NCBI GenBank assembly: GCA_963667175.2
Contig: CAXXXF010000014.1
Span: 320,001-384,000 of the forward strand
Source of the DNA: Candidatus Latescibacterota bacterium
GTDB lineage: Bacteria > Latescibacterota > UBA2968 > GCA-2709665
Direction of reading: 5' to 3'
Length of the DNA stretch: 64,000 nt
Shown: positions 1-12,372 of the stretch, piece after piece
Layout of the letters: the number at the start of each line of letters is the position of its first letter
Position numbering within the stretch: position 1 is the first letter of the stretch
The notes under the pieces: generated by a model
The model's database searches: none
What the model was told of the DNA's origin: nothing
What the model saw: only the letters and a program-made list of their open reading frames with translations
Translations under genes and position numbers: made by a program

Positions 1-72
1 TCCTTCCGCAATTGCCCGATCCCATGATTGAGCCAGTGGCGCAACCTGTTCTTGCCATCTACGACAGGCTGG

Positions 73-96
73 GACTCCCCCTCAATGGAAGAGTGA
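73..96. repeat. Degenerate copy of the GACTCCCCCTCAAGGGGGAGTGA REP-like palindrome
   Basis: gactccccctcaatggaagagtga resembles the intact copies near 6811-6833 and 8652-8674. Confidence 0.5.
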
Positions 97-450
97 CGAG
101 AGGCGTGGTCGGGTTGGACGGCGAATCGCACGTCGAGCAGGCGGCCCTTTATTTTCTGTCAACGGACACGGGCAGCGCGTATTGGGTTCCATTTTCCTTG
201 ACTTCTCCGACAAAATTCGTGTCTTTTTCATCATGCCGCAGGGGATGCCGACTTGAACAAGGAAGGCGCCGATGACCGCGAGAAAGGAGACGGCCAAACA
301 GGGGCGGCCTGTTACAAAAAGGACGCTCGGCAGGACTCCTGAACAACCGGAGTGTCTCCCATCGGCGATGTTTCGGGATTGGTGATTGGTGGGGAGGCGG
401 AAGGAGAATGCGGTATCTGAGAAGGCGCAGCGCATATCGGGGGCAAACAG

Positions 451-1038
451 ATGCCTGAATGGTTGGATACAGGACTTCGGGTAATCACGCCACTGGGCAT
501 GTTTGCCGTTGTCGCCATATCGGTTTACATCAACTGGAGACGTCCCAGGTACGCGAGTCTGAAGGATCAAGGAGAATGGAAGGGCGGAGTTGACGCGGAC
601 ATAAAAAACATCAAGGAATTCATGAAGGAAATCCGCGAAGACGTCAAAGAGATTTTCGATCGACTACCTCCCAGGGCCGTCACTACGGAGAGTCCGCTCC
701 GGCTGACGGATTTCGGAGAACGGATCGCGGAACACCTGCAGGCTCGCGATTGGGCAGGATCACTGGCGCCGACGCTGTCCAATGAGGTTGGGGGGAAACA
801 GCCGTTTCAGATTGATGAATTCGCGAACGCTTACGTGCACGAAATGCTCGACGATGATTGGAATATGAGAATCGCGAGTTGCGCATATGAGTTCGGAATT
901 GAAAAGGATGGCGTCCTTTCGGTGTTGAGAGTCGTGTTGCGGGATGCATTGCTTCGAACTTATGTGCCAACAATCGATAACAATCGATACCTGAATCACG
1001 CGGTGTCTGCGTCTGAACCGCTTACAATACGTCCATGA
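451..1038 (+). CDS. Hypothetical protein with N-terminal transmembrane helix and short coiled coil
   Basis: 195-aa ORF; hydrophobic ITPLGMFAVVAISVYI followed by heptad-like DIKNIKEFMKEIREDVKEIF. Confidence 0.7.
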   Translation: MPEWLDTGLRVITPLGMFAVVAISVYINWRRPRYASLKDQGEWKGGVDADIKNIKEFMKEIREDVKEIFDRLPPRAVTTESPLRLTDFGERIAEHLQARDWAGSLAPTLSNEVGGKQPFQIDEFANAYVHEMLDDDWNMRIASCAYEFGIEKDGVLSVLRVVLRDALLRTYVPTIDNNRYLNHAVSASEPLTIRP

Positions 1039-1398
1039 GACGACCAGGCGATTCTTACCCAAGGATTCGGGGTCCACGTTCGTTGCGCCATCCACGGAAT
1101 TCGTCGAATTAGCGTTTCTGGCGCGGATGTTCATTTTATGAAGGGGGCCGTAGCATTCCCGGCTTGAGCAACTCCCGGCTGGACTCGATCCCGTTGGATT
1201 GCGTTTGTTATCTCACATATTCCCCAACGGAGCGCCTGACAGTTTGATGCCTCACGCCTCGCGATCTTTCGGATGGGCTGAGGCATCATCTTTGTACGCT
1301 TCCGATCCTGAATCGCGTGACGCACGACAAAGCCATTCAGCGTCGGCCCGTCGATGTCCAGGGTACAGACCGATAAACATCCCTTCACAGGAACCCCC

Positions 1399-4563
<3,165 letters not shown>

Positions 4564-4615
4564 GGGAAGAAGCGCCTGACTGACTTGCCAATGCGCGTCT
4601 TTCGACCCATTTGTA

Positions 4616-4644
4616 TTGCGGCTTTGGATCAAGGATGGTACATT
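4616..4644 (+). promoter_or_regulatory. Putative sigma70 promoter (duplicated at 8875-8903)
   Basis: TTGCGG-N17-TACATT with TGn extended -10; the 38-bp segment 4607-4644 matches 8866-8903 at 33/38 positions. Confidence 0.6.
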
Positions 4645-4741
4645 GATGACCGAACTCTATCGAACATGATACAACGCTTCTAGGGATTTTTGTTCTTTCG
4701 CGTGTTTCGTCGTTTCCCTACGTGCCCGTACAGGGTGAACC

Positions 4742-6289
4742 ATGACCAGACGCAGACTGCCCATCGGCATTCAGACCTTCGCCAAAATCAGGGAAGAAAA
4801 CTACTACTACGTCGATAAAACGGTCCACCTGCGGCGACTGATCGACGAGGGTACGCACTATTTTTTATCTCGTCCGCGTCGCTTTGGGAAGAGCCTGTTT
4901 CTGGACACAATGAAGGAACTGTTCGAGGGCAATGAGCCGCTGTTCGAAGGGCTTCACGTTCACGACCACTGGGATTGGTCCGTTCGCTATCCTGTATTAC
5001 GCCTTGACTTTGGCAGCGGCAATCTTGATGAGCCGGAGAGCTTGCACAAAGAGGTGATGGCGCAGCTGGACGCGATAGAAAGAGAAACAGGCGTAGAGAG
5101 CCCTTACGATGCTGCTTCCGCACGTTTTCGCCATATCATCCAGATGTTGCATCGGGAGGCTGGTCAGCGCGTTGTCGTGCTGGTTGATGAATACGACAAG
5201 CCGATCCTGGATGTGCTGGAGACACCGGAGATTGCCCGTGCCAACCGCGACTTTCTTCGGGGTCTGTATTCGACGATCAAGTCCAATGATGCCCATATCA
5301 GATTCACGTTCCTCACGGGTGTGAGCAAATTCTCCAAAGTCAGCCTCTTCTCTGGCCTCAACAACCTCACTGACATCACCATTGATCCGCAATACTCCGA
5401 CTTATGCGGGTACACGGAAACGGACCTCGACGTGGTATTCGCGCCGGAACTGCCGGGGCTGGATCGGGAAGAGATTCGCGACTGGTACAATGGCTATAGC
5501 TGGCGGGGCGATGAGAAGGTCTATAACCCCTTCGATATCCTCCTGCTGTTTAGAAGGCACAGCTTCGAAGCCTACTGGTTCGAGACCGGCACGCCGGCGT
5601 TCCTTGTCGAGATACTACTGGATCGGGGCGTAGGTACCATCGCTTTGGACAATATGCTGGGTAGCGATGAATTGTTATCTACATTCGACGTGGACACCAT
5701 CGTTCCCGAAGCCCTGCTGTTTCAGACCGGATATCTGACCATCCTCCGTACGGAACCGCGCGGCGGGAGGATGTTCTACCGCCTGGGGTATCCGAATCGG
5801 GAAGTTCGGCAGAGCTTGAACGAGAGCCTGCTGAATCACCTGATTGGACACTCGTCGCGCGGCGTTGAGCACAGTGCCCGTTTGCATGATCTGCTGCTGA
5901 TCAATGACTTCGAGGGACTCAAGACCCTGTTCCACGCCTTCTTTGCCAGTATTCCCTATGAATGGCACACCAACAATGACGTCGCCAATTTCGAAGGCTA
6001 CTACGCCAGCGTGTTCTATTCCTATTTCGCGGCGCTGGGTCTCAATATCACCGTAGAGGACAGCGCAAGTCAGGGACGTGCGGATATGGCCGTTCACTTC
6101 AACGATAACGTCTACCTCTTCGAGTTCAAAGTGGTGGAACTGGCGTCTGCGGGCGCGGCGATGGCGCAATTGCAGGAGAAGAGTTACGCGGACAAATACC
6201 GCAACCTGAACCAGCCGATCCACCTGATCGGGGTCGAGTTCAGCAAGGATACCCGCAATATCACGGGCTTTGAGGTAGCCCGCGTGTGA
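4742..6289 (+). CDS. AAA-ATPase-like protein with C-terminal PD-(D/E)XK nuclease domain
   Basis: LPIGIQTF, YYVDKT, Walker A SRPRRFGKS, LVDEYDKP, C-terminal GRADM...LFEFK...QL. Confidence 0.93.
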   Translation: MTRRRLPIGIQTFAKIREENYYYVDKTVHLRRLIDEGTHYFLSRPRRFGKSLFLDTMKELFEGNEPLFEGLHVHDHWDWSVRYPVLRLDFGSGNLDEPESLHKEVMAQLDAIERETGVESPYDAASARFRHIIQMLHREAGQRVVVLVDEYDKPILDVLETPEIARANRDFLRGLYSTIKSNDAHIRFTFLTGVSKFSKVSLFSGLNNLTDITIDPQYSDLCGYTETDLDVVFAPELPGLDREEIRDWYNGYSWRGDEKVYNPFDILLLFRRHSFEAYWFETGTPAFLVEILLDRGVGTIALDNMLGSDELLSTFDVDTIVPEALLFQTGYLTILRTEPRGGRMFYRLGYPNREVRQSLNESLLNHLIGHSSRGVEHSARLHDLLLINDFEGLKTLFHAFFASIPYEWHTNNDVANFEGYYASVFYSYFAALGLNITVEDSASQGRADMAVHFNDNVYLFEFKVVELASAGAAMAQLQEKSYADKYRNLNQPIHLIGVEFSKDTRNITGFEVARV

Positions 6290-6311
6290 CCCGGGAAGTA
6301 AGGAACCGGAT

Positions 6312-6620
6312 ATGGATGTGTACGAAAACATCGGAGACATATCTGACACGGTGCGTAGAGACATCGACCGGGGAATAGGTATCTTGAAAGCAGGAGGATG
6401 TAAAGCGGTCTTTCTCTTCGGATCAATTGTCGAGGGGAGGAGTAACTCGCGATCGGATATTGACTTCGCCGTCAGGGGATGCCCGGCAGGAATGTTCTAC
6501 AGGCTCCAGGGGAAATTGCTCCTGGAACTCACGCGATCTGCGGACCTTGTCGATCTGGACGCAGACATCGAACTGACGGCATTTCTCGAACGCGAAGCGA
6601 ACTTGACCCAGGTGGGATGA
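6312..6620 (+). CDS. Minimal nucleotidyltransferase (MNT/MntA-type antitoxin), copy 1
   Basis: GS-x10-DxD motif (GSIVEGRSNSRSDID), DLVDL; 102 aa. Confidence 0.88.
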   Translation: MDVYENIGDISDTVRRDIDRGIGILKAGGCKAVFLFGSIVEGRSNSRSDIDFAVRGCPAGMFYRLQGKLLLELTRSADLVDLDADIELTAFLEREANLTQVG

Positions 6621-6751
6621 AAGGCATGTAAGATACCTATTATTTTGAATTTAGGTCATTATTGGATACAAATGTCAAGTGGTGATTCTTGTGTCCGTTG
6701 CACCATCGGTACAATTCCAAACTTGCCTTCCCGCGGAATACAACAGTACCC

Positions 6752-6935
6752 CCACCGCATCAGCCGTCGCCTGCCCTTCGACAAGCTCAGGGAACCGGCT
6801 CGGCTTCTGCGACTCCCCCTCAAGGGGGAGTGATGGCGCGGCGGTCTTTTCGTAGGTCTCATCACCGACAGAAATCCATCGATGTGGGCAGACAGGAATG
6901 TCTGCCCCACCCTCAAACTGCCTACGTCGGCTTGA
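6752..6935. repeat. Composite REP-like intergenic repeat unit, copy A
   Basis: Contains CCCTTCGACAAGCTCAGGG, the ACTCCCCCTCAAGGGGGAGT hairpin and the GTGGGCAGACAGGAATGTCTGCCCCAC hairpin; collinear with 8530-8825. Confidence 0.85.
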
Positions 6936-7042
6936 CAGTGATTGCGAGGTGTTGGCGCAGACCGTCGGATGATCGGTATTTCTGACCAGGCAATGCCGTT
7001 CCTTAAATTCGTAGCTGGTCTATTGAATCACGGAAGGGAACC

Positions 7043-7420
7043 ATGGCGGCTGGGCTAACGGAACTGATCGAGCGGGCACCGTGGCGGGAGGCGGTTACGT
7101 ATCGAAAGACGTGGCCTCACGAGTACGTGTTGTCCGAAGAGGACGGACAAACTGAGCTTCTTGAAGCGATCCGGGAACGGTTCCGCACCGGAGAGGGTGT
7201 GTCTGGCCGCTTTTTCAGTACGAAGAATACGTACCTCTTTATCGGCGACTACAAATATTGGCTGATGACCCACTGGGACGAAATTGAGCCCGGAATTAAC
7301 TACGTCATCAACCGCGCCCGTCTCTACCGGGACCGGAGGGATTTTGTGATTCAATCCGGGGACATGGGGAGGCCTGAGGACTACCCGGTGACGCCCGCGT
7401 ACGACGATCACGATGCTTAA
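7043..7420 (+). CDS. Hypothetical protein
   Basis: 125-aa ORF with GGAAGGG RBS-like sequence; Trp/Tyr-rich (WPHEY, DYKYWLM, INRAR). Confidence 0.75.
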   Translation: MAAGLTELIERAPWREAVTYRKTWPHEYVLSEEDGQTELLEAIRERFRTGEGVSGRFFSTKNTYLFIGDYKYWLMTHWDEIEPGINYVINRARLYRDRRDFVIQSGDMGRPEDYPVTPAYDDHDA

Positions 7421-7433
7421 ATGAGGATTCTCC

Positions 7434-8471
7434 ATGTCAAATGACGACACCCTGCTCGCCTATCTGGTCCCCAAGCTGACCTCACGAGTCGAAGACGCTG
7501 CGACGGATGGGCTTGGCTATATACTTAAGAAGTCGGTACCAGCGATAGACGCCCTTAACGGCCTGCTCCGGCAGGGCGGTTTCTCGGGAAATCCCATTGT
7601 CAGAGTGGAGTCCCAGGTCGCGTACGAGGATGGTACGCGTCCCGACATGACGGGCTATGACGAACACGACGGGAAACGTCTGCTCGTGGAGGTAAAGTTC
7701 TGGGCAGCTTTAGGGGAAACCCAGGCGAGCGATTATCTTGGGCAACTTGACGAACCCGGTGCTGCGATGTTGCTGTTTATCGCTCCCCAGGCGAGGATCG
7801 AGACGCTATGGGCTCAGATTAACCGTCAAGTTGAAGCCGATGGAAGAAGAAAATTGGATACCATGGACAGTTCCGATGCTTTTCAAACCGCGAGGTTGGC
7901 AGGCGAAGAGAAGCGACTGATGCTGATCAGTTGGCGCACCCTGCTCGCCCATCTGGCTGCTTCAGCGGACACCGAAGAAGTCAAGGGTGACATACTGCAG
8001 CTGCAGGGGCTTGCGGAGGGACAGGATACTCATGCGTTCTTGCCCCTGCATTGCGAAGATGTAAGTCCTGAAGTCGCGCGGCGCATTTCGAACTACAAAA
8101 CACTCGTTGATGATGTGGTCGAACGTGAAGTTTCCAAGAAGTGGTTGAACATTGAGAAGCTAAAGGTCACCCCTCAGGTGTACGGATACGGACGGTTTTT
8201 TCGCTTTTCCAATATAAAGGGTGACTTCTGGATTGGCGTTAACTGTGAAAAATGGGCTGAAGACAGCGATACACCGTTGTGGCTATGGGTGGGAAAGGAT
8301 GTTCAAAAAAGCATGATTGCGATAGGCACTGCCTTGGGTATTCGAGTCTTCGACCGCTGGATTCCAATTCGGCTTAGAAGAACCGTGGAATATCGCGCGG
8401 TGTTGGACGATGTGACATGCCAGTTGAAGGAAATCGGAAGAGTTGTCGGGGCAATTATACCAGACGATTAG
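7434..8471 (+). CDS. PD-(D/E)XK nuclease-family protein
   Basis: E...T helix, RPDMTG...LLVEVKFWA...Q...Y nuclease signature; GAGGA RBS. Confidence 0.75.
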   Translation: MSNDDTLLAYLVPKLTSRVEDAATDGLGYILKKSVPAIDALNGLLRQGGFSGNPIVRVESQVAYEDGTRPDMTGYDEHDGKRLLVEVKFWAALGETQASDYLGQLDEPGAAMLLFIAPQARIETLWAQINRQVEADGRRKLDTMDSSDAFQTARLAGEEKRLMLISWRTLLAHLAASADTEEVKGDILQLQGLAEGQDTHAFLPLHCEDVSPEVARRISNYKTLVDDVVEREVSKKWLNIEKLKVTPQVYGYGRFFRFSNIKGDFWIGVNCEKWAEDSDTPLWLWVGKDVQKSMIAIGTALGIRVFDRWIPIRLRRTVEYRAVLDDVTCQLKEIGRVVGAIIPDD

Positions 8472-8529
8472 GGTGTCGCAAAAAGCGACACCCAGGAAGG
8501 AGCCTTAGGGGCGTAGATCGCTTCACCAC

Positions 8530-8825
8530 CCACCGCATCAGCCGTCGCCGGCCCTTCGGCCCTTCGACCCTTCGACAGGCTCAGGGACCGCAAGCTCAGG
8601 GAAAGGCTCGGCTTCTGCCTGCCTGCCGCGCTCCGCGTAGCGCAGGCAGGCGACTCCCCCTCAAGGGGGGAGTGATGGCGAGGTGACGGCAAGGCATGCG
8701 TTTCTTATGTCCTTTAATCGAGAGCAATCCATCGACGTGGGCAGACTGGAATGTCTGCCTGCCTGCGCCTGCCAGTGACGCTTTGGCAGGCAGGCCCCAC
8801 CCTCAACCTGCATACGTCAGCATGA
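8530..8825. repeat. Composite REP-like intergenic repeat unit, copy B, with extra nested insertions
   Basis: Same backbone as 6752-6935 plus reiterated CCCTTCG...GCTCAGGG and two CCTGCCTG...CAGGCAGG inserts (8618-8650, 8758-8794). Confidence 0.85.
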
Positions 8826-8874
8826 ACGATGTGGGGGAGCATCGTGCCGATGTCCGTATTTCAGGCCATTTGTA

Positions 8875-8903
8875 TTGCGGCATTGGTCCAAAGATGATAC
8901 ATT
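8875..8903 (+). promoter_or_regulatory. Putative sigma70 promoter (copy of 4616-4644)
   Basis: TTGCGG-N17-TACATT about 100 bp upstream of MNT copy 2. Confidence 0.6.
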
Positions 8904-9000
8904 TACATCCAAGTTTTATTGCACATTATGTAACGCCACCGACGAGCGGCCGTTTTTGATAGATTTCCCATGATAATTCAGACCGAAAAGGGACCCGGAT

Positions 9001-9309
9001 ATGGATGTGTACGAAGACATCGGAGACATATCTGACTCGGTGCGTAAAGACATCGACCGGGGAATAGGTATCTTGAAAGCAGGAGGATGTGAAGCGGTCT
9101 ATCTCTTTGGGTCAGTTGTCGAGGGGAGGAGTAGCTCTCGATCCGATATTGACTTCGCCGTCAGGGGATGTCCGGCAGGAATGTTCTACAGGCTCCAGGG
9201 AAAATTGCTCCTGGAACTCACGCGATCTGCGGACCTTGTCGACCTGGACGCAGACATCGAACTGACGTCATTTCTCGAACGCGAAGCGAACTTGACCCAT
9301 GTGGGATGA
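9001..9309 (+). CDS. Minimal nucleotidyltransferase (MNT/MntA-type antitoxin), copy 2
   Basis: GS-x10-DxD; differs from 6312-6620 at 9 of 102 residues by manual comparison. Confidence 0.88.
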   Translation: MDVYEDIGDISDSVRKDIDRGIGILKAGGCEAVYLFGSVVEGRSSSRSDIDFAVRGCPAGMFYRLQGKLLLELTRSADLVDLDADIELTSFLEREANLTHVG

Positions 9310-9400
9310 GCGAACGCGAGCAGAATTGACCCACGAACTCGGACAGCTTGGGCATCTGCAATCGATTCGTGAACTAATGGGGGAGAAGAATAATGGATGA
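9299..9400 (+). pseudogene. Probable truncated HEPN (HepT-like) toxin N-terminus
   Basis: 33-codon ORF MWDERTRAELTHELGQLGHLQSIRELMGEKNNG overlapping the MNT stop, in the position normally occupied by the HEPN partner; no RxxxxH motif. Confidence 0.45.
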
Positions 9401-10160
9401 GAAGGAATACCTGCGTGAGATAGAAGAGGCGCTTGGGAGCGACAACACACGCCTTGGGGAGGTCTGGAGCCGTACCAAGGAAGGCAAGTCTCCCAACGAT
9501 ATTTCCGAAGAACTAAACGTCTCTACAAGTGGTTTCGTTTACACATATTTAAGTTACATCAGGGCTATTATTGAGGGGGAAATCTCAAGAAGCCCAACAA
9601 TGGCAAAACAGATAGGTGGGGCGCTACGGAATTTTCTTAAACGTCACAAAGAGAACTTCTCTGATTATACTGTCCGGACGCTTACGAAGCGTGCAGAAGA
9701 ATGTGATCGTTGGGTGTCCGATGTCCAAGCTTTGGAAGAAGAGGATTCGGAAGTCGAACGGCAAACGACCAGTGTTGAAAAAACCCAGACGGCCGGAATT
9801 TATGTGTACACCTATCCGCACTACTTGCGCAATCCCGTTGTTCCGGGAACGGATGGCTACAATGATAGGACCTACCTAAAAATCGGGATGTCTGGGGGGA
9901 ATGTCCGCGAGCGCATATTGCGGCAGACGACAGGAATGCCGGAGCCTGCAATGATACTGCAAGTCTGGGTAGTTGACGACGACAATGACTTAGAGAACAG
10001 CGAAAAGAGAATCCACGAACACTTGAGCACCGTCGGCCACGGAACCGGCGGCAGCAGGCGTAGAGAGTGGTTGCTAACCAATGAAGATTCCGTAGCGTCA
10101 ACGGCAAGGTTAATTGGGCTCACGTGCCATTACGACCACAGGAACCAAGATTCCGTGTAA
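9393..10160 (+). CDS. GIY-YIG/T5orf172-like nuclease-domain protein with N-terminal helical (HTH-like) region
   Basis: GIYVY...YLKIGMS...RERI...TGMPE...EKRIH...REWL. Confidence 0.78.
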   Translation: MDEKEYLREIEEALGSDNTRLGEVWSRTKEGKSPNDISEELNVSTSGFVYTYLSYIRAIIEGEISRSPTMAKQIGGALRNFLKRHKENFSDYTVRTLTKRAEECDRWVSDVQALEEEDSEVERQTTSVEKTQTAGIYVYTYPHYLRNPVVPGTDGYNDRTYLKIGMSGGNVRERILRQTTGMPEPAMILQVWVVDDDNDLENSEKRIHEHLSTVGHGTGGSRRREWLLTNEDSVASTARLIGLTCHYDHRNQDSV

Positions 10161-10294
10161 TCGTACACCGGCGCGGAAGACAAGAAGCTGTTTTTTTGGC
10201 GTAATCACGGAACATTTGCTACTGTGAGCTTTCTTGGAATTGCAGCTTGTCCGAGAACGCGAGGATTCACCTGATCAGAGAAGGACGTGAAAAA

Positions 10295-11281
10295 ATGCCA
10301 CGTCTAACCGAAGCGCAGGTCGCGGAATTCGAGGCGCAGGGGTATCTGGTCGTGAGGGGGCTGTTCGATCCGGAAGCGGACCTCGAGCCTGTGATCGAGG
10401 AATACGCAGGGGTGCTGGACCGGCTTGCCGGCGAACTGTACGAAAACGGGGAGATCTCCTCGATGTACGAAGACCTCCCGTTCGGGGACCGGCTGACGCG
10501 GATCTACGCGGAGTCCGGCAAGGTGCACGCGCAGTATTTCGACTTTTCGCTGCCGCAGAAGAATGTCCGGGCGGATACCCCGATGTGGGTGGGGCCGGCA
10601 GTGTTCCGGCTGTTGCGGAACGAGAAGCTGCTCGACGCCGTGGAATCCCTGATCGGGCCCGAGATTTATTCAAATCCGGTGCAGCACGTCCGCCTCAAGC
10701 CGCCGGAGCACCTGTGCCCCGTCAACGAGACGGGACGCGTCCAGCTTGGCGCAACGCCGTGGCACCAGGATACGGGTGTGGTTCGGCCGGAAGCCGATGA
10801 CACGAATATGCTGACCGTGTGGTTCGGCCTGTGGGACGCGACTGTCGAAAACGGCTGCCTGGAGGTCATCCCCCGAAGCCACCGCGAAGGGCTGCTGCAT
10901 CACTGCCATGCGACCTCGACGATGTCGCGTGGGTTCGGCCTGCAGATTCCCGACCGGCTGCTGCGGCAGGGAGACGGCGTGGTGCTTCCCATGAAACGCG
11001 GCGACGTGCTGTTCTTCCACCGCCTGAACTGCCACTCCTCGCTGCCCAACAATAGCGACAATATCCGCTGGAGCTTCGACCTTCGGTACAACCCCATCGG
11101 CCAACCCACCGGACGCGGCTCGTTTCCGGGATTCGTCGCGCGCAGCCGCTCGAATCCCGAAAGCGAACTGCACGATCCCGCAGAATGGGCGAGGTTGTGG
11201 CACGAGGCCAGAAGCCGGCTCGCCCGCAGCGCGGATCCAACGTACAATCGCTGGAAGGTTGACGATCCGGTCTGTGCGTGA
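10295..11281 (+). CDS. Phytanoyl-CoA dioxygenase (PhyH) family Fe(II)/2OG oxygenase
   Basis: FEAQGYLVVRGLF, WHQD, ENGCLEVIPRSH, GDVLFFH..HSSLPN..R. Confidence 0.93.
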   Translation: MPRLTEAQVAEFEAQGYLVVRGLFDPEADLEPVIEEYAGVLDRLAGELYENGEISSMYEDLPFGDRLTRIYAESGKVHAQYFDFSLPQKNVRADTPMWVGPAVFRLLRNEKLLDAVESLIGPEIYSNPVQHVRLKPPEHLCPVNETGRVQLGATPWHQDTGVVRPEADDTNMLTVWFGLWDATVENGCLEVIPRSHREGLLHHCHATSTMSRGFGLQIPDRLLRQGDGVVLPMKRGDVLFFHRLNCHSSLPNNSDNIRWSFDLRYNPIGQPTGRGSFPGFVARSRSNPESELHDPAEWARLWHEARSRLARSADPTYNRWKVDDPVCA

Positions 11282-11288
11282 GCGATAA

Positions 11289-12089
11289 CTACGCTTCGGC
11301 GATGGTTTCGCGCAGGTGCCGCGCGGCAAGCCTGAACGTCTCGCGGTCGTCGCATTCGTTGACGTCCTGCCCCTCGAAGGTGATGGAAACGACGCCGTTG
11401 AAGCCCGCTGACTTGAGAATCCCGATAATGCGAGGGTAATCGAGCCACTCCTCCCGGCCGCTGTCGATCTTGTAGATCTTGGCGCGGACGTACGACGCGA
11501 ATGGGGCGGTCTGTTCCATATATTGGTAGATGTCGACGTCCGGATCGCCCACACCGCGGTTCTGCGCAGGCGACCCCACCCACTGGCCGGTGTCCAGGAT
11601 AAACGTAAAATTCTCGCGGTCGGTTTCCCGCAGAATCCGCAGGACGTTGTCGCCCGTACTCGGGTGATTCTGCAGGCCGACGATAATCCCGGACTCGGCC
11701 GCGAAATCGCACACTTCCTGGAAACATCGGATCTCACTTTCAGGGTCACCGTCACCCGGCGCCCCGCAGAAGAGCCGGATCATCGGCGCACCCAGGAAAG
11801 CGGCCACTCCCACGTCTCCCTTCGCCTGCTCGACCTTTCGACGCAATTCCTCATCCGTCCCCACGAAATGGCCGCCGGACGCCAGATAGCCGATGGGAAG
11901 CCCGGCTTTCAGGCATTTTATCTTCAGGTCCCGCAGATAGCCGCGGTCCAGGGAACCGAATCCCACGTCCACCCGGAAATCAATGACATCCAGCTTCAAC
12001 TCGTACGCGAGGTCAATGAACGACTCGACGTCCGGGAAGGCCTTGGGTTCTTCCTTGCCAAAATACGACGCGTATATGCCGACTTTCAT
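11289..12089 (-). CDS. Sugar phosphate isomerase/epimerase (xylose isomerase-like TIM barrel)
   Basis: LGAPMIRLF, GLQNH, LDTG, GFNGVVSITFEG. Confidence 0.85.
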   Translation of the reverse strand: MKVGIYASYFGKEEPKAFPDVESFIDLAYELKLDVIDFRVDVGFGSLDRGYLRDLKIKCLKAGLPIGYLASGGHFVGTDEELRRKVEQAKGDVGVAAFLGAPMIRLFCGAPGDGDPESEIRCFQEVCDFAAESGIIVGLQNHPSTGDNVLRILRETDRENFTFILDTGQWVGSPAQNRGVGDPDVDIYQYMEQTAPFASYVRAKIYKIDSGREEWLDYPRIIGILKSAGFNGVVSITFEGQDVNECDDRETFRLAARHLRETIAEA

Positions 12090-12190
12090 CGCAAGACCTC
12101 CTATCTAGTCCAATGGCGGGGAGACCTACACCCTATACTCCTTCCAGGGTGAAGGAGGGAACTGTCATCACCTGTACACGTTTCGCTTTG

Positions 12191-12231
12191 CTCCCCCTCT
12201 CCGCCCGGGAGAGGGGGTTGGGGGGAGAGGT
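12191..12231. repeat. REP-like hairpin CCCCCTCTCC-N4-GGGAGAGGGGG-TTGGGGGGAGAGG
   Basis: Imperfect palindrome with G-rich tail in an intergenic region. Confidence 0.65.
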
Positions 12232-12307
12232 CTGCGTTCCATCCATTTTTGCTACATGACGACGCGGATATCCACCGGTTGTGTTTTTGATCTTCGTTCT
12301 TGCCTTT

Positions 12308-12339
12308 AGCTGACTGCTGACCGCTGATTGCTGATCGCT
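12308..12339. repeat. Heptamer tandem array (GCTGAnn)x4-5
   Basis: agctgactgctgaccgctgattgctgatcgct just downstream of the 12373 stop. Confidence 0.7.
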
Positions 12340-12372
12340 TTTTTCTGCGAGGCCGGGAGCAGTGGTTTTGAT

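Noticed and set aside
6752-8825. Repeated palindromic units as a CRISPR array or integron attC sites
   Set aside because: Only two or three copies, kilobases apart, with no regular spacers, no cas or intI gene and no convincing attC core sites
6312-9309. MNT duplicates as a DGR template/variable repeat pair
   Set aside because: Both are full ORFs with conservative substitutions not restricted to adenines
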